Positions 34,905-50,200 of a stretch of DNA of 64,000 nt are shown piece after piece (within the stretch, counting starts at the first letter, position 1; every line of letters begins with the position of its first letter). Both the position numbers and the translations under genes were made by a program. This DNA is from Anaeramoeba ignava BMAN (taxonomy: Eukaryota > Protista > Anaeramoebae). A model generated the notes under the pieces. The model made no database searches. It saw only the letters and a list, made by a program, of their open reading frames with translations, and had not been told where the DNA came from. Location of the stretch: contig JAPDFW010000130.1 of NCBI GenBank assembly GCA_028826165.1, forward strand, positions 62,001 through 126,000, written 5' to 3'.

Positions 34905-37900
34905 TCATTTTGGTAATTCAAAAGAATAAATCAACATTTCACCAACTCTAGTACCAACAATAATACATTTTTCTCTTCGAGGTATTGTGATACAAGAGAT
35001 AGGAGAAGAAGATTGAAACTGCCAAATCATTGACATTTTCAAACCATCAAGAAACCAAACTTGAATCAAATTATTTTTCAAACCAACAAAAAGAAGAGAA
35101 TCATTTTGGATGAATTGCCAAGCAACAATTTCAGAACCACAAGTAGAAGAAGTAGCAAGTAAACAACCATTGATATCATATCTACGGATGATAAAGTCGG
35201 AAAGGGAAGCAAGAAAAATATCACCAGAATGAGAAATCCTGACCAAATTAAAAGGAACAGGATGAGGGTTTATTGAGATTGATCGGACAAAAAGACCATC
35301 AGAAAGACGGTAGACAAGACAGAGCCCATCGATTGAGACAGATACGGCAATATTGTTTGGGATGTTCAAGGCGACAGATGTAATAGGGCCTGTATGTCCA
35401 GATAGAACGGCAATTGGAAGCTCGTCGACAACACCTGATTTCGGATCAAAATTCCAGATTGTTGATGTTGTATCTTTGGAGCCTGTTATTAAATACCGCT
35501 CTTGTAACTCAATGCAAGTTACTAAGTCTATGTGATGAGATATTTTTTGGGTTGTGTTGAAATTTTTCATGGACGCAATGTGAAAACTTGCATCCCAAAA
35601 ACCTCCGATAACGAGGTATTTTTTATCTTGAGAAAGCGCAAACACAAGAGAAATATTCCAGACTTGAGGCGATATTTTCATGCTTGAAATCATGCCGCAA
35701 AGATTACGCGGTCGATATGTATCCAATTCAAGTTCGAATTGTGTGAATTTGGATTTCAACGGAACCCAATGAAACGCGCGGAATTGCGTTGCGAAATCAA
35801 GACAAACAAGCTTTCCATGAAGATTCATAATCGGGAGGTTGCGTTGGGACTCGATAAGATCAATGAGCACGAGGGGATATTCGGATACAACAACGCTGTA
35901 GAGTTGGTTGATCTGTTCGGGAGAGTGTGTGTTCCATGTCGGGAGAAGATGTGAATGTGTGGGTGCTGGAAGACGTTTTGGATGAGGCGAAGAAAAAAGT
36001 TGCGGCGGAGTTTGTCCGAACATTTCAATTTGCGCTTCGACTGATTGCTGTTCTTCATCTTCTAGTGTCATCAGATAATTAACAGATTCTTCGTATGTGA
36101 GATTGTGGAAAACATTAAACGCGCGCACTGCTTCTTCGCCTTGCTGTTTGTATCCGAAAATTAGATCGATCCATTCGTGGATGTGCTCGGACACTGCTGG
36201 CGATTCAAGTGCGGTTTGTAATATATGCACATAATGCTGTGAAGATTCCGCCCAAGGCGGCAATTCAACGTTGCTGATTTTCGCGTCCGATGTTTGCTTT
36301 GTTCCGAGATCGAAGGCGTCTGGATTTTCGAGAAAATGCGGGAAGTAAAAAAATTCCGGGATCAGTTCCCGCACATCCGCACTGTTTGATAGACAGTTTT
36401 GCCAAGAAAGAGAGACTGATGAAAAAATCCGATCCGATTTATCGAACTTTCCATCTTGAAATTGAATTGAATATGTGGTAAACGGCTCTGTTCTTATCAA
36501 GTAGAAAAGTACAATTGCAAAGCTAGAATAATGCGATCCATACATAAAGGGAACCATTTCTTTGGGGAATGACTTGAATCTCTCAAGAAAAGTCTGGAGT
36601 CGCTCGGTGTCAAGTGCTCCAATTGGTTTTGATAGATCCCGATATATTTTCGGATCCGACAGATCAATAGTATTTGAAGTGTAATCCCGTAAAATCCATG
36701 GGAAAACAGGATATTGTGACAGATCGTTATATGATCTGCTTGCTATTGAATTTAATCCCATTAAATACTGGAAATTCGTTATTTTGTGTTTCTTCCATCG
36801 GCGAGTAATCCCTGATTTCCGAAGAAAATCCACTGGGTTTGATATGCAAAATTCTGTGCTTTTGAAAAGTGCTCGTGAATGATCTAAATTTCGAAGTCGC
36901 TCAAGTACATCTGATACAACGTCTTCTGTTTGGAACGAGAAAAGAAGTGATTTTTTGTTCATGAAAAAAAACTCCAATGCTGTCCATCGATGAATAAATC
37001 TTCTTGCAATTATTTTCGTCATTTTTTCTATTTTTCGTGAGCGATCTTTCATCTCGATTTCGTGCTTTGCAAATGTTCTTTCTGTGATTGCTGCTATGCT
37101 TGCAATGAATTTTATTTTGTTATTTGTAATGCAGAAATATCCGGGTGTTTTTCTCATTGGTGTGATTAATATGCATTGTGTTCTGTAGACTACTCTTGAT
37201 GCGTAGCATCTCATAAATGGGTGTGATATTGCTAGTAGTATTTGAAGTGGATCGCTCAGATCAAGTTCTAATCCTTTTTCCATTTTTATTTTGAATTGAT
37301 TTTCCATTTCATTTTCCATTTTATTTTCCATTTCATTTTCTATTTCAATTTTGAATTGATTTTGATTTTGATTTTCCATTTCATTTTTAATTTGATTTTC
37401 CATTTCATTTTCTATTTGATTTTCATTTTCTATTTCAATTTTGAATTGATTTTGATTTTGATTTTGATTTTCTATTTCAATTTGATTTTCATTTTGATTT
37501 TCAATTTTATTTTGATTTTCAATTTGATTTTCAATTTTATTTTGATTTTCAATTTTATTTTGATTTTCAATTTTATTTTGATTTTCAATTTTATTTTGAT
37601 TTTCAATTTTATTTTGATTTTCAATTTTATTTTCAATTTGATTTTCAATTTTATTTTGATTTTCATTTTCAATTTGATTTTCAATTTGATTTTCATTTTC
37701 AATTTGATTTTCTATTTCAATTTGATTTTCTATTTCAATTTTGAATTGATTTTGATTTTGATTTTGATTTTCTATTTCAATTTGATTTTCAATTTGATTT
37801 TGATTTTCTATTTCAATTTGATTTTCAATTTGATTTTCAATTTTATTTTGATTTTCAATTTGATTTTCAATTTTATTTTGATTTTCAATTTGATTTTCAA

Positions 37901-40900
37901 TTTGATTTTCATTTTCAATTTGATTTTCATTTTGATTTTCAATTTGATTTTGATTTTGATTTTGATTTTTATTTTCATTTTCATTTTCAATTTGATTTTC
38001 AATTTTATTTTGATTTTGATTTTGATTTTCTATTTCAATTTGATTTTCAATTTGATTTTGATTTTCAATTTGATTTTTATTTTCATTTTCATTTTCTAAT
38101 TGATTTTCATTTTGATTTTCATTTTCAATTTGATTTTCATTTTGATTTTCAATTTGATTTTTATTTTCATTTTCATTTTCTAATTGATTTTCATTTTGAT
38201 TTTCATTTTCAATTTGATTTTCATTTTGATTTTCAATTTGATTTTGATTTTGATTTTGATTTTTATTTTCATTTTCATTTTCAATTTGATTTTCAATTTT
38301 ATTTTGATTTTGATTTTGATTTTGATTTTCTATTTCAATTTGATTTTCAATTTGATTTTGATTTTCTATTTGATTTTCATTTTGATTTTGATTTTGATTT
38401 TGATTTTCAATTTCAATTTGATTTTGATTTTGATTTTGATTTTCTATTTGATTTTCAATTTGAATTTGATTTTCAATTTGAATTTGATTTTCTATTTCAA
38501 TTTGATTTTGATTTTGATTTTCAATTTTATTGTGTTTTTGATTTAATAAATTATAAATTTTTTCATTTTGAACACTTTTAGATTTTGATAAATTGTGAAT
38601 ATTATGTTTTTGGTTTATATTATGTTTTTGATTTTGTTTTTGGTTTATATTATGTTTTTGATTTTGATTTTGTTTTTGTTTTTGATTTTGATTTTGATTT
38701 TGATTTTGTTTTTGATGATAAATTGTTTCATTTTGAACACTTTTAGATTTTGATAAATTATGATCAGTAAGTTGTTTAGATTTAGATAAATTGGAATCAG
38801 ATGAATTTGTATACTTGGATAAATTGGGTTCTGTAATATATTTAGATTTAGATAAATTAGGATCTATAATCTGTTTAGATTTAGATAAATTATGCCCATT
38901 TTTTCGATCTTCTTCTTTTTCAATAAGCCTTCTTTTCGAAGGAGAACTAAGTAGATCAATCATTGAAAATTTGTGAGTCAAAGAAATCTTCCTAAGATGC
39001 TCTTTCAATTTCTGTGCAGTTGATTCACGAGTACCTTCATCACGTTTCAAAGAAGCCTCATAATGGATATCAAAATTAAAATTAGGCTTCAATTTCCTAC
39101 GAGAACCAAACGCATCCTGAAAAGAATCAAGCTTCCAATGAATAATTTTATTCTGTGATTCCTCTTTCCAACTTCCCAATTCATGAGAAATTTTATGTAA
39201 AAATTTCTCGCTGATGACTTGGTTTTTCTTATGCAACTTCTCCAAATTGTGTTCCATGATCTGTACAGTGCGGAACATTCTTGTTTCCATCTTTTCAAAT
39301 ATTCCTGAAAGTTCGTTTTGAATGTCGAAAGCTTTTTTATGCAACAGATTTTGTGATGAGATCCAATTCTCTTGGATTTGCTCGTTGACTTGGTCTATTT
39401 GTTGCATGAATTCCTGTAGCCTCGAATTGATATCTGAAGAGAGTGTTTCGAGAAAGGGGTTTGTGTATCTCTCCTGAGAAGGAAGATAATTTTCTTTTTT
39501 CATTGTAATTGGGAAAACCAAAAGTTCACTGTTTTTATTATGCACCGAATCCAAATGAGGATTTTTGTGATCATGTGCATCCAGACTTAAAGAAGTATCT
39601 GGAGTAACGCTCTTTCTTTGAAAAGACATTTTCTTTGGTTTGTCTTCCTTTTTTTTCTGAGTCACGTTGATTTCTAAAGGATCTGAAACGGATTTCCCAA
39701 TATAGAAGGAACTGATCTTTATCATTTTTTCGCGATCCAAAACAAGATGAACTAAATTTAAATATGGACCTTTGAATAAAGCTCTGAGAAGACGCAAAGA
39801 CCGATCGCAAACAGACTTTTCTTTGCAGAGAGTGGAATGGAGGAGAAGAATGCATATTTCTTGATAGGTTTCTCTTGTGGATGTTTCGGTATCTTGGTCA
39901 GTAAAAGAAATCCCTTGTGAAGAAAATACACCAATTTTCTCAAGAATATCGAAGAGTTTTTCCAAGATCATCATTTTGGATGTCGAGAAACCTCGACTAA
40001 GAGTTTTCTGGAAAAAAGAATGCAAGGGAGAAGATGATAAAGGACGAGAGTTTTGGGAGAAAAAAGCATCCATTTTTTTCCGAGGCACCCAAATAAGTGT
40101 GAAAATAATATGAATAAATTGGGACAGATTGGAAAGGAATTTGTCTGTATATTCTTGAGCATTTTGCTTTGCTTGAGGATTTTGCAAATTCTTCGGATAT
40201 TTCTCTGCAAGAGACCAAACACCGAAAATAATATCATAAAAAATTTTTCGGATAATTTCGTTTGGTTTTTGAGAAGGGTCGAGAGATTCTGTCAATAAAA
40301 ACGCAAGTGTTCGCAGAATAGTGGGAGTGAGCGAGCATGAGTCTGTTCTGTTGAAACACTCTAGATGAAGGGATTTGATGATTTGGTAAACCATATTGCG
40401 GATCTTTGTTGTGAAACTGATTGGCATTACTTGCGAATTTGGGATATAAAGTTGGTTTTCATTGGGGGTTTGAGGTGAGGGTTCGTTCTCATCACTGTTC
40501 TTGTTGAGAGTAAAGAACTGGAAAAGCAGGTGCTGCCATCCGAAAGAGATTCAACAAGATCTTGCGTTTTTTCTTGCTCTTTATTAAGTCTTGTTTGATT
40601 GTGCGTAATATAGAGACAAAGTTAAGATCCATTGTTCTGTTTCCTATAGCAAGCACTGTATGGAAGAGAACAGTATTCCAGCCTTCTGATGTGTCTTTCA
40701 TGAGCTCCAGAAGCTCGTATTGTGTGTCTTGTGTTGGGGTTGTGTTAATTAGAATACGATGAATAAACGGGAAGAAATTGTTTATAGTGCGTTCTTCGTT
40801 ATCTTCTTTCGCAAGACGGGATTTCATTTGGTTTAGGATCTTGATAACGAGTTCAAGAACACTCGGAGCATGCGAATATTTCTGGAGAAGAAACACTGCA

Positions 40901-43900
40901 GCATTGCTTATTTCAACTGGATCAACAACCCTGTATTTAGACTGGAAAAACATCAAGATCACAGAAAGTATTTGTTCAACAACAGGAATATCAGAAGCCA
41001 CAATGCAAGTGTGAAGTAGGAAAAGTAAATTTTCATGCGTTTCAATATCTCCTTTGCTCTGTGAAAGAGAGCTTCTTAGAAGTTTGATTGCATGCTCTCG
41101 GAGATTGTTGATCTCTTTGGGAAGAAACAAGGTTTGATCTCTTCTTGTTTTTAAAAGAAAATTTCCCATTGAGTCTCTTAAATAAAGAAGTAAAATGACA
41201 GCTAAATTGACAACTGAGATCCGGAAATGATGCTTGTGAATACACCTCCATTCGTGTTCGCCGCTTGATATTCCACCGCTTTCAGGAGGAACAACCGCTC
41301 CATCAGGCTCGGTAAGATCATTACTTTCGGTTTCTTCAGTGTGGCTGCTTTCAGGATTTTTATCAAGCATATGACTCTTCATACGATGTGAATCAAACTC
41401 GATCCCACGTGACAAAATGGCAGAGGAAAGAATCGAAAAAATTTCATTGCTGATCGTGTATCCCCTTTTCATCCAGATATCGAAATTTAAAACAAGATCG
41501 CGAACCAAATGAAGTCTGAAGTGAGAAATTTGTTTCTCTAATAAAAGCTGGTGGATCTGCTGCACACTTGAAATGCTCAGAAGAGGAAGCTCAGAGTTCA
41601 TTATTATGTGAGAAAGAATTGACATTCCATGAACACGAACAAATTGCAGTTGAAGCAATTCACTTTTTTTGAGTAAATGGAGAATCATGTGGAGAGTCTG
41701 ATTAAATTTTGCGGAATTTTGTTCATCCACACCGTCTCTTTCCGCATTCATCCGAACCCACATGAGTAACGGAAGATATATCTTCACTCCACCAAGCATT
41801 GCTGTTGATTCTGAAAGAAGAAACGAGTTGCCAAAATACGGATGACTAACATGCTTTGCAAACCCGTATTTCTTGAACACGAAGGGATTGTTGCATTCGC
41901 ACTTGTGGCGAACGGAAGAGACATTTATATAGAGAAGAATCTGTTCTTCAAAAGAAGTGTTTTCTTTGTTTTGTTGTGGAGATCGTGTTGTGAATTCCTG
42001 GTTGTCATAACCATCCAAAAACAGTTTTCTTATTTCTTCCTTGCTGAGTTCTTTATTGTAAAAACAGGCTGTGCTGGTTTGACCGTAAAAAGACAATATA
42101 TTCTTCTCTTGAATCTTTCCCAAAAGCAATTTCTGTTGCATATCATATCCAAAAGCGCTTTTTTCAAAAACAGTTCTCCGATCAAAATTTGGATACTTCA
42201 AGTCGCACTTCTTCACAAGTGTGCCATCAATATAGAAGGACACACGATGTTTTCTTCGCGAGTGTGTAACCGCCACAAAATACCACACACCAACCCACAA
42301 CTCTGTCTTTACAGACGCTATATTTTCGTTTGTTTTTTTGGAAACTGTCCGCAAACTGATTTGGTTGAACATATTATGCTCGATCTCCGTTTCTTTTTCT
42401 TCTGTTCCGTCTAAAGAAATAAGATCCACACTTTGCTTTCGTGATGAGTGATGCGAGCTCTCTTGGTCGTTCACTTCCAGATAGAGCTGCATTCCTGTGT
42501 CGAAACCTCTGTTCCATACACTGAAAATTCTGGGTTTGTATTTTTTCATTGGAAATTCATTCTGATGAGGTATTTCAACGCGTATCCAGCATGCAAATGA
42601 ATACCCGTTCTCTGGAATGTGTTTTCCTGCGAAGGGCAGTCTGACTGATTTCTCGGCAATCCCAACAAAATCAAAGAAAAAACGCGGACTGTTCCGTTCT
42701 TGATACACCATTTTGATCAAAATAGAAAACAATTTGTTTGATATTTCCTCGTTCTCCAGCTTGCTTTTCAACACATGCAGAAACATCCTCAATGTCTGCA
42801 CAGAAATACTATGGAAAACAAGGCTCGCAACGAGTTGGAAAAACTCCTCTAGAAGTCTTGGTTCTTTAACCATAGACTCACCGTTTGTGTTGAGATACTT
42901 CAGCAAAAAGTGGGCTAAATTAGCCTCCGAACAGATCGACAAGTTGTGCAGAGATTGACTGCAAAGGGTCAGAAATATCTGCACATAATTTATCGTGAGC
43001 CCCATTTTCCGAGATATTTTAAACAAATAAATAATCATTTTTTTCTTGCAAACAATCAACGAATTTTTTCCGATTGAAAAATGGCCTGTCAAAACAAGAA
43101 TATCAAGTAAATTTTGCCAAAGAATTTCCTTTTTCTCGTTTTCTTGCGAAAAAAGTTCCACAAATTGTTTGAATCCAATATCCTTTTTAAAATGTGTGAA
43201 AATCTTGCTGTTTCGAAACAGATACACAAAGCACTGCATAATTTGTTCTCCAACCTTCTCTTCCAAAGTGAACAGATCGAAAAGCATATTGAATCCATTC
43301 ACAGACACAAACACATTTTGTATTTTGAGGTTGTTTTGCAGACAATTCTGGTATATTTCAAGTAATTTGGATAATATCGAAATGCGCAATTTTTCCTGTT
43401 CCTTAAAATGTTTTGCAACTTGAATGATTTCTTTGTTCAGTTGTTTGAAAAATCGCTTTAATTGTCCTTTCATCTTTTCAGGATCCACCCATTCACTCAG
43501 TTTCAAAAGATGAGAATGTGCCACTTTAAAAGAGTTTTCGTTTTCGCTTTTTCCGTCCATCAACGAAATGATTATTGTTATAATTTGTGGGTTTGTCACA
43601 AGCCTTCTTTTTGCAAATGGTGATTCCAAAAGCATTGTTAAAATGTTTGATGTTAATGATTTCAGTGTTGCTGCTTGCACTTGCATTCTTATATATTTCT
43701 GTTCGTTGTTTATTTCCTTAATATTTTCATTATTTATATTTTTGCTGTTATTTATATTATTTATATTATTTTTATTTCCAAAAGAAAGCGCAATCCAATC
43801 TTCTTCATCTAATTCATCCTTTTCAATTTTTTTTCCCATTTCAAAATTTTCATTATTTTCATTTAAATTTTCATTTTGATTTTCATTTGTATTTTCATTT

Positions 43901-46499
43901 GTATTTTCATTTTGATTTTCATTTGAATTTGTTTTTGTTTTCATTTTTTCTTGTTCTTGATTAATCTCCGCTTCTGTAGTATTTATAAATTTAATCAGTG
44001 AAAATATCCGCGAAATTCCATTATTTTCAACAATATTTTGAATAGATGAATTGGGTTCAATAGTTACTAAAGTAATCAACGTTTCCATACAAATAACTGT
44101 GAAATCATAATCATTTTTCCGTTGTTCTAACAAATTCAAAATGAACTGATAATCCTCTGAACGTTGAAATTTGCGCAGAACTTGCTCATAAAATTTCATT
44201 GAAACCGGATATAACTAAATTAAAATTAAATTAAAATTAAATTAAAATTAAATTAAATTAAATTAAATTAAAATTAAAATTAAAATTAAAATTAAATTAA
44301 ATTAAAATTAAATTAAATTAAATTAAATTAAATTAAATTAAATTAAATTAAAATTAAATTAAAATTAAATTTAAATTAAATTAAATTAAATTAAATTAAA
44401 ATTAAATTAAAATTAAAATTAAAATTAAAATTAAATTAAATTTAAATTAAAATTAAAATTAAAATTAAATTAAATTAAAATTAAAATTAAAATTAAATTA
44501 AATTAAATTAAATTAAATTAAAATTAAATTAAAATTAAATTAAAATTAAATTAAATTAAATTTAAAATTAAATTAAATTAAATTAAATTAAAATTAAATT
44601 AAAATTAAATTAAAATTAAAATTAAATTAAATTAAATTAAAATTAAATTAAAATTAAAATTAAAATTAAAATTAAAATTAAAAATTAAATTCAACCTTTT
44701 CATGTGAAAAAAGCATATCCCATTTTAAATTGAATAAATCTAAATGTTTTGCATTGATCACATCGGATAAAAAATTAATAATTATCACTTCGTTTTCCTC
44801 AAATTGATTTCCCATTTGAACCATCTTTTCGAATGTTTGAGTGATTGTCTCAATAAAATAATATTGAAAAAAATTAAGTGATTTAACAGAAGAATAATTT
44901 GCAGCCAAATCATGAAAAAATTTATCAATTTCACTAAATAAAACGCGAAAAACATCATTTGAATATGCACCAAGATTGCAAAGAAAATCCGACATGTTTG
45001 CAAGCATATTTTGTTTGATAATTTCAAATCCTAAAGACTTATAAGTGATTAACATTTTTTCAATCATTCTAAAAGATGATATGATCAACTCGGTTTGTTC
45101 TTTTATTCTTGACTCTGTCATTTCTAATTGAAATTCTTCATCTTGAAGCGGCTTTGTAATGCTGAATAAAAAATCCAAAATAATCTTGGCTTTAAATGAC
45201 GAATTTGGATCTTGTTTCAATGCTTTTTCTTTGCCAAGTAAATTGATCATAATTTTGAAAATTTGATTTTTAAGTTGATAATTTTTTTCAAAGTTTTGGT
45301 CATTGAGAATATTAAGCATTAAATCTAAAATATTTTTAGATGTGAATGATTTTCTTCGTTTAAAAAATGATTGATTTGTTTTGTAAAAATATATGTTTTT
45401 TTTTTACCAAATGATAAATTAAAAAAATTTTGAGTTTGTGAATGTGTGAAGTCATTTAAATTATGAAAAGATTCAAAAATAGAAAGTGTATTTGAAACAA
45501 GCAAATGAGCATAAATATCATTTTCTCTAAAAATGTTTTTTCTTTCCTATTTGATTTTTTTTTATAAAACAACAACAACAAAAAATGAGTTATTTAAAAT
45601 TTTTTTTTTCTGAATTCAATTTAAATCAAACTGAAATTAAAGAACAAATTAATTTGCAAAATTCTAGTAACAAATCAATAAATTTATTTTCTAACATCAC
45701 AACTCTATTATATTTTGATCTACAAAGTATTGAAATAACTTGAATAATTTCAATAACTGAATGTAATAATTTTCCAATTTCTTCTTGATTTCCAAAACTA
45801 ATTATTAATATTAATAAAAAAAATTGTTTTTTTTTTTAAATAATTTAATAAAAAAAAAAATAAATATAAATATTATTATTATTATTATTATAAAACTTTG
45901 ATTTTTCTGCATTTTGAACTGTTTTTGATTTCTTTGTTCTTGAATGGAATGTTTCTCTTTGAATATTTTTCATTGAATTTTTATATAAAACTATATTAAC
46001 GATAAATTAAAAAAAAAAACAAAAAACCAAAAAAGATTTATAATTTTAATTTTAATTTTAATTTTAATTTTAAAAAAAACAAAATCACAAACTTTGAATT
46101 CGATTTTGCTCATAAGATAAATATTCTAAAGTTGTGTATATAACATTTCTTGGATGGGCTTTAGTATTTAGGATTGCCTTATCTATATCTGTTGGACGAA
46201 TAATTTCATTTTCTTCAGTTACTACTCCAACATACCAATCACTAAAAGTATCAATAAATAAAATTGAAAACTCAAAAAACAAATCAGTAGATTTCTTTTG
46301 AGTTGATTTATAAATTAATAATTGAAGAATATCGATTTATTTATTATATTTGTTATTATGTTTTTTTTTTGAATTATTTTTTTTTTACTTGATTTTGATT
46401 TGAAATTTGATTCCAAAGTTGATTTAATTTATTTCCTTTTGAACCAAATTGTAAAAAGTAATTGTGTTCAAATTGTTTTTTTTTAGAAGCGTGTGACAT
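34905..46499 (-). CDS. BEACH-domain protein 2 (neurobeachin/LRBA-like: ConA/LamG, PH, BEACH, WD40)
   Basis: ATG at 46499 (MSHASKKKQFEHNYFLQF...), several short 5' exons, exon 45324-44696, intron 44695-44215, then a long exon with a 1-nt frameshift at ~40543. Motifs: GYSFACWIRVE, WYFVAVTH, SFYGQ, ITNFQYLMGLNSIASRSYNDLSQYPVFPW, YGSHYSS, DVRELIPEFF, WIDLIFGYKQQG, FGQTPPQLF, WD40 LITGSKDTT. Confidence 0.92.
37280..38720 (-). repeat. Coding NQ/IE-rich low-complexity insertion (>400 aa) upstream of the PH domain of BEACH2
   Basis: ENQIENQNQN... tract in frame within ORF 34905-40427. Confidence 0.85.
44215..44695. repeat. BEACH2 intron filled by (AAATT/AAAATT)n
   Basis: Donor at 44695 and acceptor at 44215 (minus strand), phase 0. 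The interior is pure A/T repeat. Confidence 0.88.
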
Positions 46500-47242
46500 T
46501 TTTCAAAAGAAAAAGAAAAATTTAGAAAAGTTAAAACTAGAAGAAAAAAAGGAAATGAATTTTTTAAAAAATTTTTCTTTTTTTTGGTTTTTGTTTTGAT
46601 TTGTTTTGTTTTGGGGTTTGTTTTTTTTTTAATTTGATTATCAATAAAATAAAAAAGAAAAATAAAAAAGAAAAGAAAAGAAAAAAAATGAATTTAAATT
46701 TTTTTTATCTTTTTTTTTAAAAATTAAAAAATTTTTTGATCAAAAAGAAATAAACAATTCGAAAAAAAAATTTTTTAAATTTAATCTAAAAATAAAAATA
46801 AAAATAAAAAAATAAATAAGAACAATTTAGATTTTTCTATTTTTTTTAATTTAAAGAAAAAAAAAGCAAAACAATTTAGATTTTAATTTTCATTTAGATT
46901 TTAATTTTAATTTTAATTTTAATTTTCATTTAGATTTTAATTTTAATTTTAATTTTAATTTTCATTTTAATTTTGATTTATCCAAAAATTAATATTTGAT
47001 GATTCATTCGATGATTCATTCTTATCTAACATTAATTTTAATTTAGATTTTGATTTTAGATTTTGATTTTAGATTTTGATTATTAAATTTTGATTTTGAT
47101 TTTGATTTTAATTTTCATTTAGATTTTAATTTGGATTATTAAATTTTAATTTTAATTTTAATTTTGATTTTAATTTTGATTTTAATTTTGATTTTAATTT
47201 TGATTTTCATTTATATTTAGATTTTGATTTTAGATTTAATTT

Positions 47243-50200
47243 TCATTTTTTATAAAAATTGGAAAAATTCATTGATAATTTAATTTGTGGTCGTCGATTC
47301 TCTCGTTTTTGTACTTTTTTTGCTTCTTTCTTAGTAAATTTATTTTGAGCATTATTCATAAAATTTTCAAGTAATTTACGATTTTCTTGAGAAAGTAATT
47401 GAATATAATCTTTAAATTCAATGGTTGAGTTTTTTGCAATTTGAATAAGAACTTGATTAATTGAATTCATAGATTGATCTGAAAATAATCTTGTTTTGTT
47501 TGAAACTAAAATATCAACAGTAATCTGAATTACACAATTTACAATTTGAGAAATTAATTCTTTGTTTTGGGTTTTTGAAAACAGAAACTGATAAATTCTT
47601 TCAAAAATCTCAAAAGTTTTCATTTGAATTTGATAAATTTCTTTTTGTAAGTTGTTTAAGATCCTGTTTGTTGAATCTTCTTCTTCTTCTTCTTTTCTAT
47701 AATTTATAAAAAGAGAAATAATAGAAGGAATGATCAATATAATCATTCTTATTTGAAATAAATTCATTTGATTTTGATTTTGATTTTGATTTTGATTTTC
47801 ATTTTTTTCATCTTCCTTTCCACTTCTCTTGAAAAGTACAAAATTAAGAACTTCATTCCACATGCAAACCTTGTCGTAATCTTTATCTATTTGATTAAGA
47901 ATATTGTGAGATATTTCTGAAAGATGATCAGCAAATTCAACCAAAATATCGTTTCCAAAAAATTCAAACTCAATTCCTTTTGTTACAAACTGAAAAATTA
48001 AATAAATCAAATTGGAAAAATAATTCATCTGATCATAATTTGAAGATTTATCTTTTTCATTACTAATTATTTTTGATATTTGGGAAATAAAAACTAAACT
48101 CAATTTGATATGATGATCTTCAATGTTTTGATCTGTTAATTCATCACTTTTTTCTCGCCATATCTTCGAAGATAGAACAATCGATTCAATATCAATTTTG
48201 TGGAAATCCAAAAAGTAAACTTGAGAAATTATAATATCCAATACTTTGTTAAGTAAACTCAAATGCAATTCAAATTCGCATTTCATCATAATATTTGAAA
48301 TCAAGGATATGTATTTGTTGAAAATATAATAATTATAATCAAAATTAACTTTTATGGAATCTTTTGAATGAAGGAATACCATTTGCTGGAAAATATATAA
48401 TAACAATCCAATCATTTGTTTTTGAGTTTTAAGTTTTTGTTCTTTTAATTCTTCAATCAAATGTGGATGATATTCCTTTTTCTTTTCATTATCTAATAGA
48501 ATATTCACACCCATAATGTCTGGTCTTGAATAAACTAAGTTGAGAATCTCAAAAAATTTTAAATGCATTTTGGAAAGATCCTCGTTTGAGAAAAAACTAT
48601 AAATTTTGTCTAAAACTTTTTTCAATAAAAGAACAACTTCGAATAAAGAATCAATATTAAGTATCAAATGTTTTTCAATAGTTTCGTTACTTTCATTAAT
48701 GGATATTTTAGAATCGTTTCGAATGAAGATTATCAGCAATTCAATCCATTTTAAAACACTATTGAAAAATTTATGAGATTGAAATTTGGATTTTGTTGTA
48801 TTTATTCCCAAAATTGATCCAAAGTCAGTTTCGCAAAATTTCGATAAATGAAAAACACATAAATTCATGATCATCAAAATGATTTTTTGGTTTGGAAAAT
48901 CATTTTGGGTTTTTTCAGAATACAAAAGATAGAAATTTGATAAATTAGACCAAAAAATTATTAAATCTGATAAAGATTGTTCTGGAAAAACAGATAAAAT
49001 TGGCTTTTTCACTGATAATTCATTTTGATAAGAATTGAGGAGAAAATATTCAATAAAAGATTCTAAAATAATATTGATTTTTTCTGGAGCATGAAGCTGG
49101 TGGATAATCTGTGAAGACCATAACATGTATTTCTGTTCATAAAATTCCCAAAAATACAATATATAACGAGTAAATGCATTTGTTAAGTTAAATAAAACTT
49201 GGGATTCAATAGGAGAGAATAGGTCGATAATTTCAAGATGTGAGAATTTTTGAAATGTTTCAAGAGTATTTCCAATCAATTTTGTAATTTTCTGAAGTTG
49301 TAAAAGGAACTCTTCTCTTGATTCATTTTCATCTTCGTCTTCATCATTTTCATTTTCATTTTGAATTTGATTTTCGTTTTGATTTTCGTTTTGATTTTTT
49401 TTGGAAATTTTTTGTATAGATTTAAATCGGAATTTCTGAAATCTAATGAATAAATCAGCAAGAATAGTTGCAAAATGAACAATATAGGGTTGAAATTGGA
49501 ATTGATTACTGTTAGAATTTTCTTTTGATTTGTTTTCATTAGTAATAGACTCATCAACTTCTTCAAAAATCTTTTCGTTATCAAGATTCAAATCAGTATT
49601 TTGTTTTTCTTGCAAATTTAATTCTTGGGTTGATTGAGGTGGTTTTGCAAATTCTTCAAATGTGGATTGATTTGAAACAAGCAAAATTGTAGGTAATTTT
49701 GAAGGAGAAAACGACTGTTTCAAAACTGAAACAATCTGAGCTTCAAAAATATCAAGAGCGAATTGATCTTCTAATTCAGAATCATGGCTTTTCATGAAAA
49801 TTTGTACAACTAATCCAAAAAGCTTTAATCCTGATATTTGTAAATCAAAAATTGTTTGAGATACATTTCGAAAAGATATTTCCACAATCTCTTGAATTTT
49901 TGGTGATAGTGAAGATAAAGTAAAATTTGGATCGATTTGTCCCATCGAAGTTATTATTTTGTAAATCATTTCCATCGCATATTGTTTAGTTTGCCATCTT
50001 GGATTTGAAGAAATTGTCAAATCAAGATATTTTTTATTTTGGATTATTAATTTGTATTTCTCATGCAAAGAAAGAAGAGATTTGCGATCAGTTTTGGAAT
50101 CAGGATTTGTATTTTGAGAATTTGTACTTTGATTTGGATCTAGAGATTGGTTTCGATCATGAGTATTCTGTTCGTCTATGAAATCGTTGATATCTTCTTG

